NCBI GenBank assembly: GCA_016934955.1
Contig: JAFGRY010000051.1
Location: 11,211 to 75,210, forward strand
Length of the DNA: 64,000 nt
Direction of reading: 5' to 3'
Origin: a bacterium
Lineage (GTDB): Bacteria; Zhuqueibacterota; QNDG01; JAGLOF01
Of the stretch, positions 9,680 through 18,577 are shown one piece after another. Positions within the stretch are counted from its first letter, which is position 1. Each line of letters starts with the position of its first letter. The translations under genes were made by a program, and so were the position numbers. Under the pieces are notes generated by a model that was not told the DNA's origin, did no database searches, and worked only from the letters and a program-made list of their open reading frames with translations.

Positions 9680-11197
9680 TCATTCCCTGAGCTCGATAAA
9701 TCCATCTGCAACGGCATGTGTACCTCTAAACCGTTCCGCTGCCGCCGAGGTAGCATAGACAGGGTTCCCGTCGCCGAATACCATTTCGATCTCAGCGGCG
9801 GAAAGATAGTATTTGTCGTTGATCCAGCCGCCGTCAACCCGGTACACCGCTCCACCCGGCTCGATGCCGTAGTGGATCATCTCCGGAAACCGGCGAATTA
9901 AAACAAAATAATCGATATGTTCAAACAAACCGGCCTCTTCGGTAAAGAGCATGGCCCTGCTCTGGCTATAGCTGATACTGTTCTCATTAAGTATCCTCAG
10001 GTACCGCTTGTATTCGGGCGGCCGGTACAGCCACCGGGCACACTGAGCGTAGAGAGCCCCGCTCCAGAAGACCAGGACGGCAATCAGCAGATAAGAGGCC
10101 CATCTGAATACAGGCATGCTTTCCGGTTTTCCCCGAGCCCCCCATATGCCGATGGATGCAGTCACCACCGCGAAAAACACCGGCATATCGACCCGCTCGA
10201 TGATGAACGAGGCCAGCGCGATCGGCACCGCTCCGGCAATGAGCAGCATCACGATCGGCACCGGACTGCTCTTCCAGCGACGAACAGCCCCGATGATTCC
10301 CCAGAGGAGAAATCCGTAAAAAAGGATATTGGTTCCCGCCACCGCGGCAATGAATGCGAACCGGATCGGGGGTGAGTTAATTTTTCCGATATCAAGGGGG
10401 ATGTTGTTCACTTCACGGAACGGCAGGATCCAGTCTTTCTGAACCCGCTCGAGTACGGCATCGGTTTCATGGGAAAAGGCGGACAGATGGCTCTCGATGC
10501 CGTAACTGCCGGTATACGCCTCTTTGAAAAGCCGGAATCCTTCGGGAATCAGGGCCAAAACACCGCCCACTATGACACCGATCAATAGGTAGACAACGGC
10601 TGTATGGATAATCCGTAATCGCAGCTTTCCCCTGCCGAACAGCAGAAGCAGGGGCAGCACGATATAGACGATGGCCACGGTATGAAAAAGCAAAGCGACC
10701 GAAAAGCCCGCCGCAGCCAACAGCAGCCGGGGCACGGTAACTCCCCGATGAAACGCACTGTCAACGGCCGCCGCCATGACCGCTATGCCCGCAAGCAGCG
10801 GCAGATTGTCTTCCAGACGCAGGTTCAGCAGATGGTATCCCGGAATGACCATGAGAAGGATGAACCCCCAAAAAGCGCTGGTGGCATCGAGATGGTTTCT
10901 GAGAATACGAAACCCGGCCAGGAGAAAAATCACCGTACTCAATGCTGAAAGAAAAGCGACCGGTGCGACCAGGTCGGCAGTACATGCGCCGGCGATCAGC
11001 AGGTATGCGCCGTACACCATGTGGACGTTCCAGATCACGGGATTATCCCAGGTAACCGATCCCCGTCCGAAGCTGATGAGGCTGGACGCGGTGTCCGGAT
11101 CGACGGTTGTGTGCGAGAGATTCAGCGACACCAGGAGAAAAAGGAAAAGCAGGGCCGCAAGACCCCCAACGGTGACACTCACTGTTCGTTCAGTCAT
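9680..11197 (-). CDS. Polytopic membrane protein with C-terminal soluble domain (candidate third GT-C-like transferase)
   Basis: About 12 hydrophobic spans followed by a roughly 110-aa hydrophilic tail. I recognised no named family. The start is placed at the ATG at 11197, which overlaps the upstream stop by 8 nt (ATGACTGA); the ORF-track start is 11284. Confidence 0.45.
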   Translation of the reverse strand: MTERTVSVTVGGLAALLFLFLLVSLNLSHTTVDPDTASSLISFGRGSVTWDNPVIWNVHMVYGAYLLIAGACTADLVAPVAFLSALSTVIFLLAGFRILRNHLDATSAFWGFILLMVIPGYHLLNLRLEDNLPLLAGIAVMAAAVDSAFHRGVTVPRLLLAAAGFSVALLFHTVAIVYIVLPLLLLFGRGKLRLRIIHTAVVYLLIGVIVGGVLALIPEGFRLFKEAYTGSYGIESHLSAFSHETDAVLERVQKDWILPFREVNNIPLDIGKINSPPIRFAFIAAVAGTNILFYGFLLWGIIGAVRRWKSSPVPIVMLLIAGAVPIALASFIIERVDMPVFFAVVTASIGIWGARGKPESMPVFRWASYLLIAVLVFWSGALYAQCARWLYRPPEYKRYLRILNENSISYSQSRAMLFTEEAGLFEHIDYFVLIRRFPEMIHYGIEPGGAVYRVDGGWINDKYYLSAAEIEMVFGDGNPVYATSAAAERFRGTHAVADGFIELRE

Positions 11198-12155
11198 GAT
11201 CGATCCTCCCCTGCCTGTTACCGCTCTGTTTTTTCTCGGTGGACAAACCGGCCTTATACGGTCCCCGGATAAATCCCCAGACATGAGCGACGAATCCCAG
11301 AAGAATGAGCGGATACATCGCCGCCGTTTTCAGGAGCAGTGTCCGGTCTGAAAACAGAAAACAGCGAAACGTCATCACTGTTCTGTAAATCGGCACCAGC
11401 GGCAGCAGAAACGGATAATCGATCAGGAAGGAGCCGTAAATATTCGTCCGCCGCCGCACTTCCACCTCTCCCTCTCCGAGATATACCTGATTTCTCACGT
11501 ACGCCTTGAACGATGTACGATTCATATGCGTGATTTTTGCATCGGGATTAAAAAAAATAGCAAACCCCTTTGACCGGGCATATTCACAAAACATCGTATC
11601 TTCGGCCTTCATGAAATCAGGAAAATATCCAACCGTATCGAACACTTCCCGGGCAACAGACAGGTTGCAGGAGGCGACTCCCTTCACCGTTCCGGCCTTG
11701 ACTCCCGGATTGAGCTCCCGGAACTCGGTGATATATTCCGCGGTGCCGAAGAGGCTGTCCGGTGTGCCGTTCACGACACTTCCCCCCACGATTTTGTACC
11801 CCCTTCGATGTTCTTCGAGATGCTGTTCCAGCCAATAGGGGTCCAGCACGCAGTCCACATCGGTGAAACAGACAATATCGCCCTTCACGGCAGCTGCTCC
11901 CGCGGAACGTGCCTTGCCGGGGTAGGTCCGCTGCTGCAAATGCACAACCGTGACCTCGGGAAACCGGGCCTGAATCATTTCAGCGGGACTTGCCGGAGAG
12001 CTGTCAACGACCGTGACGTCGAACGGATAATCGGTTTTCTGATTCAGGACGGATTCCAGGCAGGTGAGTATATCACTGCCGGGCTTGTAGGAAGGGATCA
12101 CAACGGAAATGTTTTTCTTTGCAATGTCAATTGTTTCCATACCAGCCCGTTTCAT
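11190..12155 (-). CDS. Glycosyltransferase family 2
   Basis: It has the GT2 N-terminal signature ISVVIPSYKPGSDILTCLESVLNQ and the DxD-like motif FTDVDC. It overlaps the upstream gene by 4 nt. Confidence 0.85.
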   Translation of the reverse strand: MKRAGMETIDIAKKNISVVIPSYKPGSDILTCLESVLNQKTDYPFDVTVVDSSPASPAEMIQARFPEVTVVHLQQRTYPGKARSAGAAAVKGDIVCFTDVDCVLDPYWLEQHLEEHRRGYKIVGGSVVNGTPDSLFGTAEYITEFRELNPGVKAGTVKGVASCNLSVAREVFDTVGYFPDFMKAEDTMFCEYARSKGFAIFFNPDAKITHMNRTSFKAYVRNQVYLGEGEVEVRRRTNIYGSFLIDYPFLLPLVPIYRTVMTFRCFLFSDRTLLLKTAAMYPLILLGFVAHVWGFIRGPYKAGLSTEKKQSGNRQGRIDHD

Positions 12156-13273
12156 TTATTTTCAAGATCAATTTGTTTAAGCATATCTCTAGAACTGCTC
12201 ATCACATCCCACTTGCTGCGGACATAGAACGGAGCCGCGGCCATAATCACATGCGTGATCCACACATTCTTCATCACGGCAAAAAAGGGCGGATAGAGCA
12301 GCAGTACCAGGGGAAGCGCCCACCAGAGGGACTGTGCAATCAGCACCCCGTAGAGCACCGTGCCCGCGAGCACACAGTAGGGAACGGCCATAAACTGCAG
12401 AAGCGCCGGCAGAAAGATGCGCCAGTCGTACCGTCCATTGACGAGCAGGGGCAGGTGCCTGCTGTACACCTGCAGAACACCTTTGCAGCGTCGGATCTTC
12501 TGTTTGAATCGTTCAGACAATGTCGTGGGTGTGCATTCGTAGGCTACCGCCCGGTCATCGTAGACGAACCTGAATCCTTTGGCGATGATATGAAACAGCA
12601 GCTCCGTGTCATCGGCCAGCGAATTGAGGTGAACATCCCTGACAAGATCTGTTCTAAAGGCGACAATCGGTCCGTTGCAGATTGAGATTGAATGCAGCCT
12701 CGACTCCCCCTTACGCCAGATGCTGTAAAATCTCCGGTAAATCTGTTCATCGGTCTCCATCTGTCCCTTTTCGTTGATCGAGAGTATCCTCACTTCTCCG
12801 TTTGCCCCGCCGACACGCGGATCGGCGAAATTGCCGACAAGCTCACGGACCGCATCCCTTTCCAGCAGGCTGTCGGCATCGGTCTCAACAATGAGCTCGG
12901 TATCGATTCGGGAGAACGCGAAATTCAATGCGTTCGGTTTGCTTCGTTCGTATTCGTTGTCCAGCACTTCCGCCCTGAAGGGCAGCGATCCGATTGTCCG
13001 CTCGAGGATGGTCCTGGTGGCATCGGTGGAATGGTCATTGATAAAAAGCACCCGAAGCCGCTCCGGCGGATAATCTGTCCGGGCGATATTCTCGACTTTC
13101 TTGGCAATGACTTCCGCTTCGTTGTAGGCGCAGACCAGCAGGGTCACATCCGGAAGATCAGCCCCCCGGGTATGTGTAACCGCTTTTCGGGAGAGAAGAA
13201 ACGTGAAAAGCGTGAACCCGAGGGTAACCGCCGCAGTGATCGAAAAACAGAGTATGAACAGTAATGCTATCAT
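12152..13273 (-). CDS. Membrane-embedded GT2, synthase-like (NodC/PgaC/cellulose-synthase-type architecture)
   Basis: An N-terminal TM span is followed by a GT2 core (LLVCAYNEAEVI, INDHSTD, TDADS). A Q-x-x-R-W-like motif (QKIRRCKG) and several C-terminal TM spans follow. Confidence 0.7.
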   Translation of the reverse strand: MIALLFILCFSITAAVTLGFTLFTFLLSRKAVTHTRGADLPDVTLLVCAYNEAEVIAKKVENIARTDYPPERLRVLFINDHSTDATRTILERTIGSLPFRAEVLDNEYERSKPNALNFAFSRIDTELIVETDADSLLERDAVRELVGNFADPRVGGANGEVRILSINEKGQMETDEQIYRRFYSIWRKGESRLHSISICNGPIVAFRTDLVRDVHLNSLADDTELLFHIIAKGFRFVYDDRAVAYECTPTTLSERFKQKIRRCKGVLQVYSRHLPLLVNGRYDWRIFLPALLQFMAVPYCVLAGTVLYGVLIAQSLWWALPLVLLLYPPFFAVMKNVWITHVIMAAAPFYVRSKWDVMSSSRDMLKQIDLENK

Positions 13274-13283
13274 GACAACAGAT

Positions 13284-14213
13284 TCATCGGTTATGTTCGT
13301 CCTTTATCAGCTGACGTAACCGCTGCATTTCTTTCCGGACCATCCGCCAGCTCCTGTAGGAAGAATCGAGCAGCAGTCCCATAAGGAAAAGAAGTACCGA
13401 AAGGAGAATACAGATCGCGGTTATGATTGCCAGGCCGGTATGCTGCATGAGACCGGTCTGCAGATAGCGGATGATCAGTGATATACCGGTGCCGCTTCCG
13501 GTGATGAAGAAGATCAGAGACAGAATAACGAAAAAGTTCATCGGATTATAGTCTCTGAACAGCGTGATGATGGTGTAAAAAATGAGAAATCCGTCACTCC
13601 AGGTGCTCAGCTTGGACTCGGATCCGCTTATTCTGCTGCGGTAGTTGATGGGCATTTCCAGGATACGGTAACGCTCCTCCAGAGACCGTATGGTCAATTC
13701 CACCTCGATTTCAAATCCTTCGGAGAGCAGCACAAGATTATCCACCAGTTCCCTGCTGAGGATCCGGTACCCGGAGAGGATATCCTTCAGCTGTACTTTA
13801 AACGTCTTGTTCAGCAGGTGAGTCAGCAGGAAATTGCCGATCCGGTGGGTGAATGAAAATGCCGTCGAGTGTACCTGTTGCCGCAGGCCGACCACCATAT
13901 CGGCCCTGTGCTCGGCCACCGGCTTGATGAGGTCCCTGATATTCTCGGCGCTGTATGTCAAATCGGCATCGACCATAATGTATATATCGGCATCGATCTC
14001 TTCCAGCATGTGCCGAACTGCATACCCCTTGCCCTGAAGACGGCAGGAGACAACCGTCGCTCCCGCCTCTTTCGCCTTTTCGGCTGTCGCGTCGACACTG
14101 TTATTGTCCCCAACATATATATCCGCCTCGGGGAGTGCTGATTTGAATTCAGTCACGACCTGAGCGACGGACACTTCCTCATTATATGCCGGTATGATTA
14201 CCGCAATCTGCAC
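13284..14213 (-). CDS. Polyprenyl-phosphate sugar synthase-type GT2 (GtrB/ArnC/DPM1-like), paralog 3
   Basis: It has a GT2 core (VIIPAYNEE, VGDNNSVD, DxD = VDADL) and a C-terminal two-TM hairpin, which is the GtrB-type layout. Confidence 0.7.
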   Translation of the reverse strand: MQIAVIIPAYNEEVSVAQVVTEFKSALPEADIYVGDNNSVDATAEKAKEAGATVVSCRLQGKGYAVRHMLEEIDADIYIMVDADLTYSAENIRDLIKPVAEHRADMVVGLRQQVHSTAFSFTHRIGNFLLTHLLNKTFKVQLKDILSGYRILSRELVDNLVLLSEGFEIEVELTIRSLEERYRILEMPINYRSRISGSESKLSTWSDGFLIFYTIITLFRDYNPMNFFVILSLIFFITGSGTGISLIIRYLQTGLMQHTGLAIITAICILLSVLLFLMGLLLDSSYRSWRMVRKEMQRLRQLIKDEHNR

Positions 14214-14231
14214 GCTTACCTCCCGAGGCAG

Positions 14232-15188
14232 TTAATTGATGATCTCTTCGATGTTGTACTCCTCGATCTCACCGGCATGAGTGAATATCACCATCTCACC
14301 CAGAAGACCGATGGATATCATCTGAATACCGATAACCAGAAGCAGGGCGCCGAGGATGAGCAGCGGTCTGCCGGCGATAGGGCCGATCAGCAGAATGCGG
14401 TACACAAACAGGTACAGCTCTATTGCCAGCCCCACCAGAAACAGAAACGTGCCGAGAAATCCCAGGAAATGGATCGGCTTTTTCGAATACCGGGAAAGGA
14501 AAAAAACGGTGATGATATCGAGTATGCGCTGTACATATTCTTTCGGATACTTCGATTTTCTGAACATCCCGTGTAATTGCTCTACCTTGACTTCCCTTAC
14601 TTTGTACCCCTGCTGAGCGGCCAGCACAGGAAGGAAATTGTACAGATCTCCATAAAAGGAGACCTTTGAAAGCACGCTCTTTCTGGTCACGAAAATGCCG
14701 CTGTTAATATCATGCAGCCGGATTCGGGATAAGCGGCAGGCCATGGAATTGAACATCCGGGAGATGATACGGTTGAGCAAACTGTCCCGCCGGGGATACC
14801 GCCAGCCAACGATGAAGTCTCCGCCGCTGTCGAGAGCATTGAACAGAACCGGCAGTCCCTCAGGAGCCACCCGCACACGGCCGCTGATAAAGGCCACCTC
14901 TTCTCCCAGGGAATATTTCAAACCCGCTTCCAGAGCAGCGGCTTCACCGAACGTAGACCGCATCCTGATTACTCGAATGCGGCTGTCCGTGCTCTTTTCC
15001 TTGAGCGTCTCGAATGTCCGGTCGGTGCTGCCGTCGTCGATAAAAAGCACTTCGAAACTGCGGCCTGTCCCGGACATGGCCGTCACCACAGTATCGGCAA
15101 GCTCCGACACGCCTTCGTCGATGTTATATGCGGCAACGATAACCGATGCCTGCGGCCTTTTTTCTCTGGGAGATCTGCTCTTGTCCAT
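14232..15188 (-). CDS. GtrB/ArnC/DPM1-like GT2 paralog 2, with degenerate DxD motif
   Basis: It aligns by eye over its full length with the 15190-16155 product, including the FIDDGSTDRT block and the C-terminal TM hairpin. The AMDGDLQND block of its neighbour is FISGRVRVA here. Confidence 0.7.
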   Translation of the reverse strand: MDKSRSPREKRPQASVIVAAYNIDEGVSELADTVVTAMSGTGRSFEVLFIDDGSTDRTFETLKEKSTDSRIRVIRMRSTFGEAAALEAGLKYSLGEEVAFISGRVRVAPEGLPVLFNALDSGGDFIVGWRYPRRDSLLNRIISRMFNSMACRLSRIRLHDINSGIFVTRKSVLSKVSFYGDLYNFLPVLAAQQGYKVREVKVEQLHGMFRKSKYPKEYVQRILDIITVFFLSRYSKKPIHFLGFLGTFLFLVGLAIELYLFVYRILLIGPIAGRPLLILGALLLVIGIQMISIGLLGEMVIFTHAGEIEEYNIEEIIN

Positions 15189-15189
15189 A

Positions 15190-16155
15190 TCAATCCTCAG
15201 TACGGTTATACTCTATCGGAGAAACGGTGATACCCCGCCGGTCACCCGTTAGCACGATCAGACTGGCGACCAGTCCCATTAACAGAAACTGAAATCCGGC
15301 CGCAAGCAGCAGAAAGACAATGGTTGCCGGAACATTGAGATCAACGAGATTGGCGTGCCGGGTAACCATCCGGCAGACCAGCCAGCAGCAGGCGATCATA
15401 CCCGAACCGATGAACCATGCCCCGAGCATGCCGAAAAAACGCAGCGGATTCCTCAGATGCTTGAGTAACAGGGTCAGGCTTATCAGATCCATGATCACCC
15501 TGAATGTTCTCGTTATCGTGTATTTTGACTCCCCGTAGACCCGGGGCCGGTGATTCACCACAACCTCCGTGATCCGGGCGCCTTCAATCCTCGCCAGTAC
15601 CGGAATGAACCGGTGCAGTTCTCCGTAGACGCGAATATGTTTAATGACCTCCCGGCGGAAGGCCTTCAGGGAACAGCCGGTGTCATGAAGCCGCACCCCC
15701 GTCAGGGAACAGATCAGCCGGTTCGCGATACGTGACGGCACTTTCCGTATCAGGAGCTTGTCCTGCCTGTTTTTCCGCCATCCGGCCACGACATCATACC
15801 CCTCTTCAATCTTGCTCAGAAGCAGCGGGATGTCCTCCGGATCATTCTGCAGGTCGCCGTCCATGGCAATGACAATATCTCCGGCGCTCGCCTTGAAGCC
15901 GGCGGCCATTGCCGCTGACTGGCCCCGGTTGCTTCTGAAAAGAATGATCTTGAAGTGCGGATCCCTGCCGGCCTGTTCCTTGAGAATATCCCGCGTCCCG
16001 TCGCTGCTGCCGTCATCGACGAAGATGATCTCATAGGATTGACCCGTTCTTTCAAGCACGTCCTTTATGGATCGATAGAGAATCAGGACATTCTCATGCT
16101 CATTGTACACAGGAACGGTGACGGAAATCCGTATATGGTCGCCGGTGCGGTTCAT
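15190..16155 (-). CDS. Polyprenyl-phosphate sugar synthase-type GT2 (GtrB/ArnC-like), paralog 1
   Basis: Motifs VTVPVYNEHENV, FVDDGSSDGT, AMDGDLQNDPEDIP, GWRKNRQD and GESKYTITRTFRV are followed by a C-terminal two-TM hairpin. This is the classic GtrB/ArnC pattern. Confidence 0.8.
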   Translation of the reverse strand: MNRTGDHIRISVTVPVYNEHENVLILYRSIKDVLERTGQSYEIIFVDDGSSDGTRDILKEQAGRDPHFKIILFRSNRGQSAAMAAGFKASAGDIVIAMDGDLQNDPEDIPLLLSKIEEGYDVVAGWRKNRQDKLLIRKVPSRIANRLICSLTGVRLHDTGCSLKAFRREVIKHIRVYGELHRFIPVLARIEGARITEVVVNHRPRVYGESKYTITRTFRVIMDLISLTLLLKHLRNPLRFFGMLGAWFIGSGMIACCWLVCRMVTRHANLVDLNVPATIVFLLLAAGFQFLLMGLVASLIVLTGDRRGITVSPIEYNRTED

Positions 16156-16158
16156 ACC

Positions 16159-16317
16159 TTAAAAGAGGGTATAAATGAACGGTGCGACAACGCTGCTGCT
16201 GGTAAGAACGATGATCACGCCAAGCAGCACAAGAACGATAATTATCGGTGTCAGCCACCATTTCCTGTTCTCTTTCAGAAATGAAAACAGCTGAATAAGT
16301 ATTTTCCCTTTTGCCAT
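16159..16317 (-). CDS. Small membrane protein, DUF5989 / SxtK-like (52 aa, absent from the ORF track)
   Basis: My translation is MAKGKILIQLFSFLKENRKWWLTPIIIVLVLLGVIIVLTSSSVVAPFIYTLF. It has one TM span and the KWWL...APFIYTLF ends typical of the tiny proteins found beside carbamoyltransferases. It lies 3 nt upstream of the next start. Confidence 0.65.
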   Translation of the reverse strand: MAKGKILIQLFSFLKENRKWWLTPIIIVLVLLGVIIVLTSSSVVAPFIYTLF

Positions 16318-16335
16318 GTGACAGCGCTGCCTCCC

Positions 16336-16773
16336 TTAATACATCTTTTTATAGCGTTCGATCGACCAGGCACTTTCATCCTTCATCACCCAGTGGCTTT
16401 CAGCCTCGGGATCGAGATGTCCCTCGATAGGATTTTTCCCGAACAGCTTCATGACCAGGCCGATCGGCGTTACGATACCGTAGAAAATCACCGCCAGCAG
16501 CACCCGTGAGACGAGCCAGCCCACGGTAAACGCGATACCCATCCAGAACCGGTATACATAGGTGAGCGACCGCGGATAGACCGCTCCCAGCGCCATGAGC
16601 ATGGCGCCGACGCCAAACAGCACGAACCGCCATTCCGAAACGACATGCCTGTATTCCATGTACAGGCCGATCAGCAGAAAAATTCCGCCCACGAACAGCC
16701 CGAATTTCCTCAGGTTTTTCCCGGAAAGATTCAGGTCCTGTATTTCATCTCTGACATCACTAATCCAGCTCAT
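16336..16773 (-). CDS. SxtJ-family small membrane protein
   Basis: 145 aa counted from the ATG at 16773 (MSWISDVRDEIQDL...), with three to four TM spans. It overlaps the carbamoyltransferase stop by 14 nt. The ORF-track start at 16923 would lie inside the carbamoyltransferase gene. Confidence 0.6.
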   Translation of the reverse strand: MSWISDVRDEIQDLNLSGKNLRKFGLFVGGIFLLIGLYMEYRHVVSEWRFVLFGVGAMLMALGAVYPRSLTYVYRFWMGIAFTVGWLVSRVLLAVIFYGIVTPIGLVMKLFGKNPIEGHLDPEAESHWVMKDESAWSIERYKKMY

Positions 16774-18577
16774 ATTCCTGTCTCCAGTCAATTGTGTCGT
16801 GGAATTTCGGTTGATTCTCTTTGTAGAGGATGTAATTGCCCAGCACCAGGACATCCATTTCCGTTCGCATGAAGCAGCGATAGGCATCGAGAGGAGACTG
16901 CACGATCGGTTCACCACGGACATTGAATGATGTGTTGACGATCACCGGACAGCCGGTTTTTTTGTCAAGGGCATCGATCAATGCATGGTACCGCTCATTC
17001 GTCTTTTTACTCACCGATTGAATGCGGGCCGAATAGTCGACATGAGTCACGGCCGGAATCTCGGACCGGACAACGTTGAGTTTGTCGATACCCCAAAGCC
17101 TGTGCTGCGCGTCGGTCATTGCGATCTGCTTATCCTTTTTTACATCCGCAACCAGCAGCATATAGGGACTCGGACGATCGATTTCGAACCAGTCACTGAT
17201 TTTCTCCTCGAGCACCGACGGCGCAAAAGGCCGAAAACTCTCCCTGTACTTGATTTTCAAATTCATTTTTTTCTGAATATTGGGAGATCTGGCATCGCCG
17301 AGAATGGACCTGCTTCCCAGAGCGCGGGGTCCGAATTCCATTCGTCCCTGGAACCAGCCGATCACCTTTTCTTCCGTCATATGATTGACCACCGTGTCGA
17401 CAAGTGGTCCGAACTCCATATAGGTAGCCGGAAGGTCATGTTTCTCGAGAAATTTTCCGATATATTCATTGCTGTAGGCCGGCCCCAGATAGGATCCCTT
17501 CTGTAAATCTTCGCCCTTTTTATCGGGCAGGGGATTCCCGAGAACATGGTGATGGACGATATAGGCGGCACCCAGAGCGCCTCCGGCATCACCGGCAGCA
17601 GGCTGGATCCAGATATCGTCGAACAGCCCGCTGCGGAGCAGTTTGCCGTTCGCGACGCAATTGAGCGCGACACCGCCGGCAAGGCAGAGATTCTTTTCCC
17701 CGGTTTCCTTCTTCACATGCCGGGCCATTCTGTAGACGATCTCTTCCGTCACATCCTGTACCGAGCGGGCGAGATCCATCTCACGCTGCGTCAGGTTTGT
17801 CTCGGATTTGCGCGGAGGGCCGTCGAAGAGATCCGCAAATTTTCTGTTGGTCATGGTCAGGCCGGCGCAATAGTTGAAATAGTCCATATCCATGCGGAAC
17901 GACCCGTCTTCTTTCAGGTCGATGAGATGGTCAAAAATTCTCTGGACATATTTCGGCTCTCCGTAGGGAGCGAGTCCCATGATTTTGTATTCCCCGGAAT
18001 TCACCTTGAATCCGGTAAAATAGGTGAACGCAGAATAGAGAAGCCCGATGGAGTGGGGAAAGTGCAGCTCTGCCTTCAGCGTGACCCGGTTATCCCTGCC
18101 CACGCCCCAGGATGAGGTCGCCCATTCACCCACACCGTCTACTGTGAGAAACGCCGCGCGCTGAAACGGGGAAGGGAAAAAGGCGGCCGCCGCGTGTGAT
18201 TCATGATGCTCGGGAAACAGCACCTCACCGGTAAACCCTGTTTCCTTTTCGATGATATCCGGGATCCACAGTTTCTGCCTGATCCAGAGAGGCATCGCCT
18301 TGATGTAGGAATTGATCCCTTTGGGCACGAATCCGAGATAGGTTTCGAGAATACGTTCAAACTTGATAAACGGTTTATCGTAAAAAGCGACATAATCAAT
18401 ATCGGAAATATCGATTTTCGCCTCCCTGAGACAGTATTTTACCGCCTCGGCGGGAAAATTAAAATCGTGTTTCACTCTCGTGAACCGTTCTTCTTGCGCA
18501 GCCGCAACGATGTCGCCGTCATCCAGAAGACAGGCCGCACTGTCATGATAGAAACATGACAATCCCAAAATTTTCAT
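16760..18577 (-). CDS. Carbamoyltransferase (NodU/CmcH/SxtI family)
   Basis: The N-terminus MKILGLSCFYHDSAACLLDDGDIVAAAQEERFTRVKHD is the family hallmark. The length (605 aa) and C-terminal domain (VNTSFNVRGEPIV) also fit. Confidence 0.9.
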   Translation of the reverse strand: MKILGLSCFYHDSAACLLDDGDIVAAAQEERFTRVKHDFNFPAEAVKYCLREAKIDISDIDYVAFYDKPFIKFERILETYLGFVPKGINSYIKAMPLWIRQKLWIPDIIEKETGFTGEVLFPEHHESHAAAAFFPSPFQRAAFLTVDGVGEWATSSWGVGRDNRVTLKAELHFPHSIGLLYSAFTYFTGFKVNSGEYKIMGLAPYGEPKYVQRIFDHLIDLKEDGSFRMDMDYFNYCAGLTMTNRKFADLFDGPPRKSETNLTQREMDLARSVQDVTEEIVYRMARHVKKETGEKNLCLAGGVALNCVANGKLLRSGLFDDIWIQPAAGDAGGALGAAYIVHHHVLGNPLPDKKGEDLQKGSYLGPAYSNEYIGKFLEKHDLPATYMEFGPLVDTVVNHMTEEKVIGWFQGRMEFGPRALGSRSILGDARSPNIQKKMNLKIKYRESFRPFAPSVLEEKISDWFEIDRPSPYMLLVADVKKDKQIAMTDAQHRLWGIDKLNVVRSEIPAVTHVDYSARIQSVSKKTNERYHALIDALDKKTGCPVIVNTSFNVRGEPIVQSPLDAYRCFMRTEMDVLVLGNYILYKENQPKFHDTIDWRQEYELD

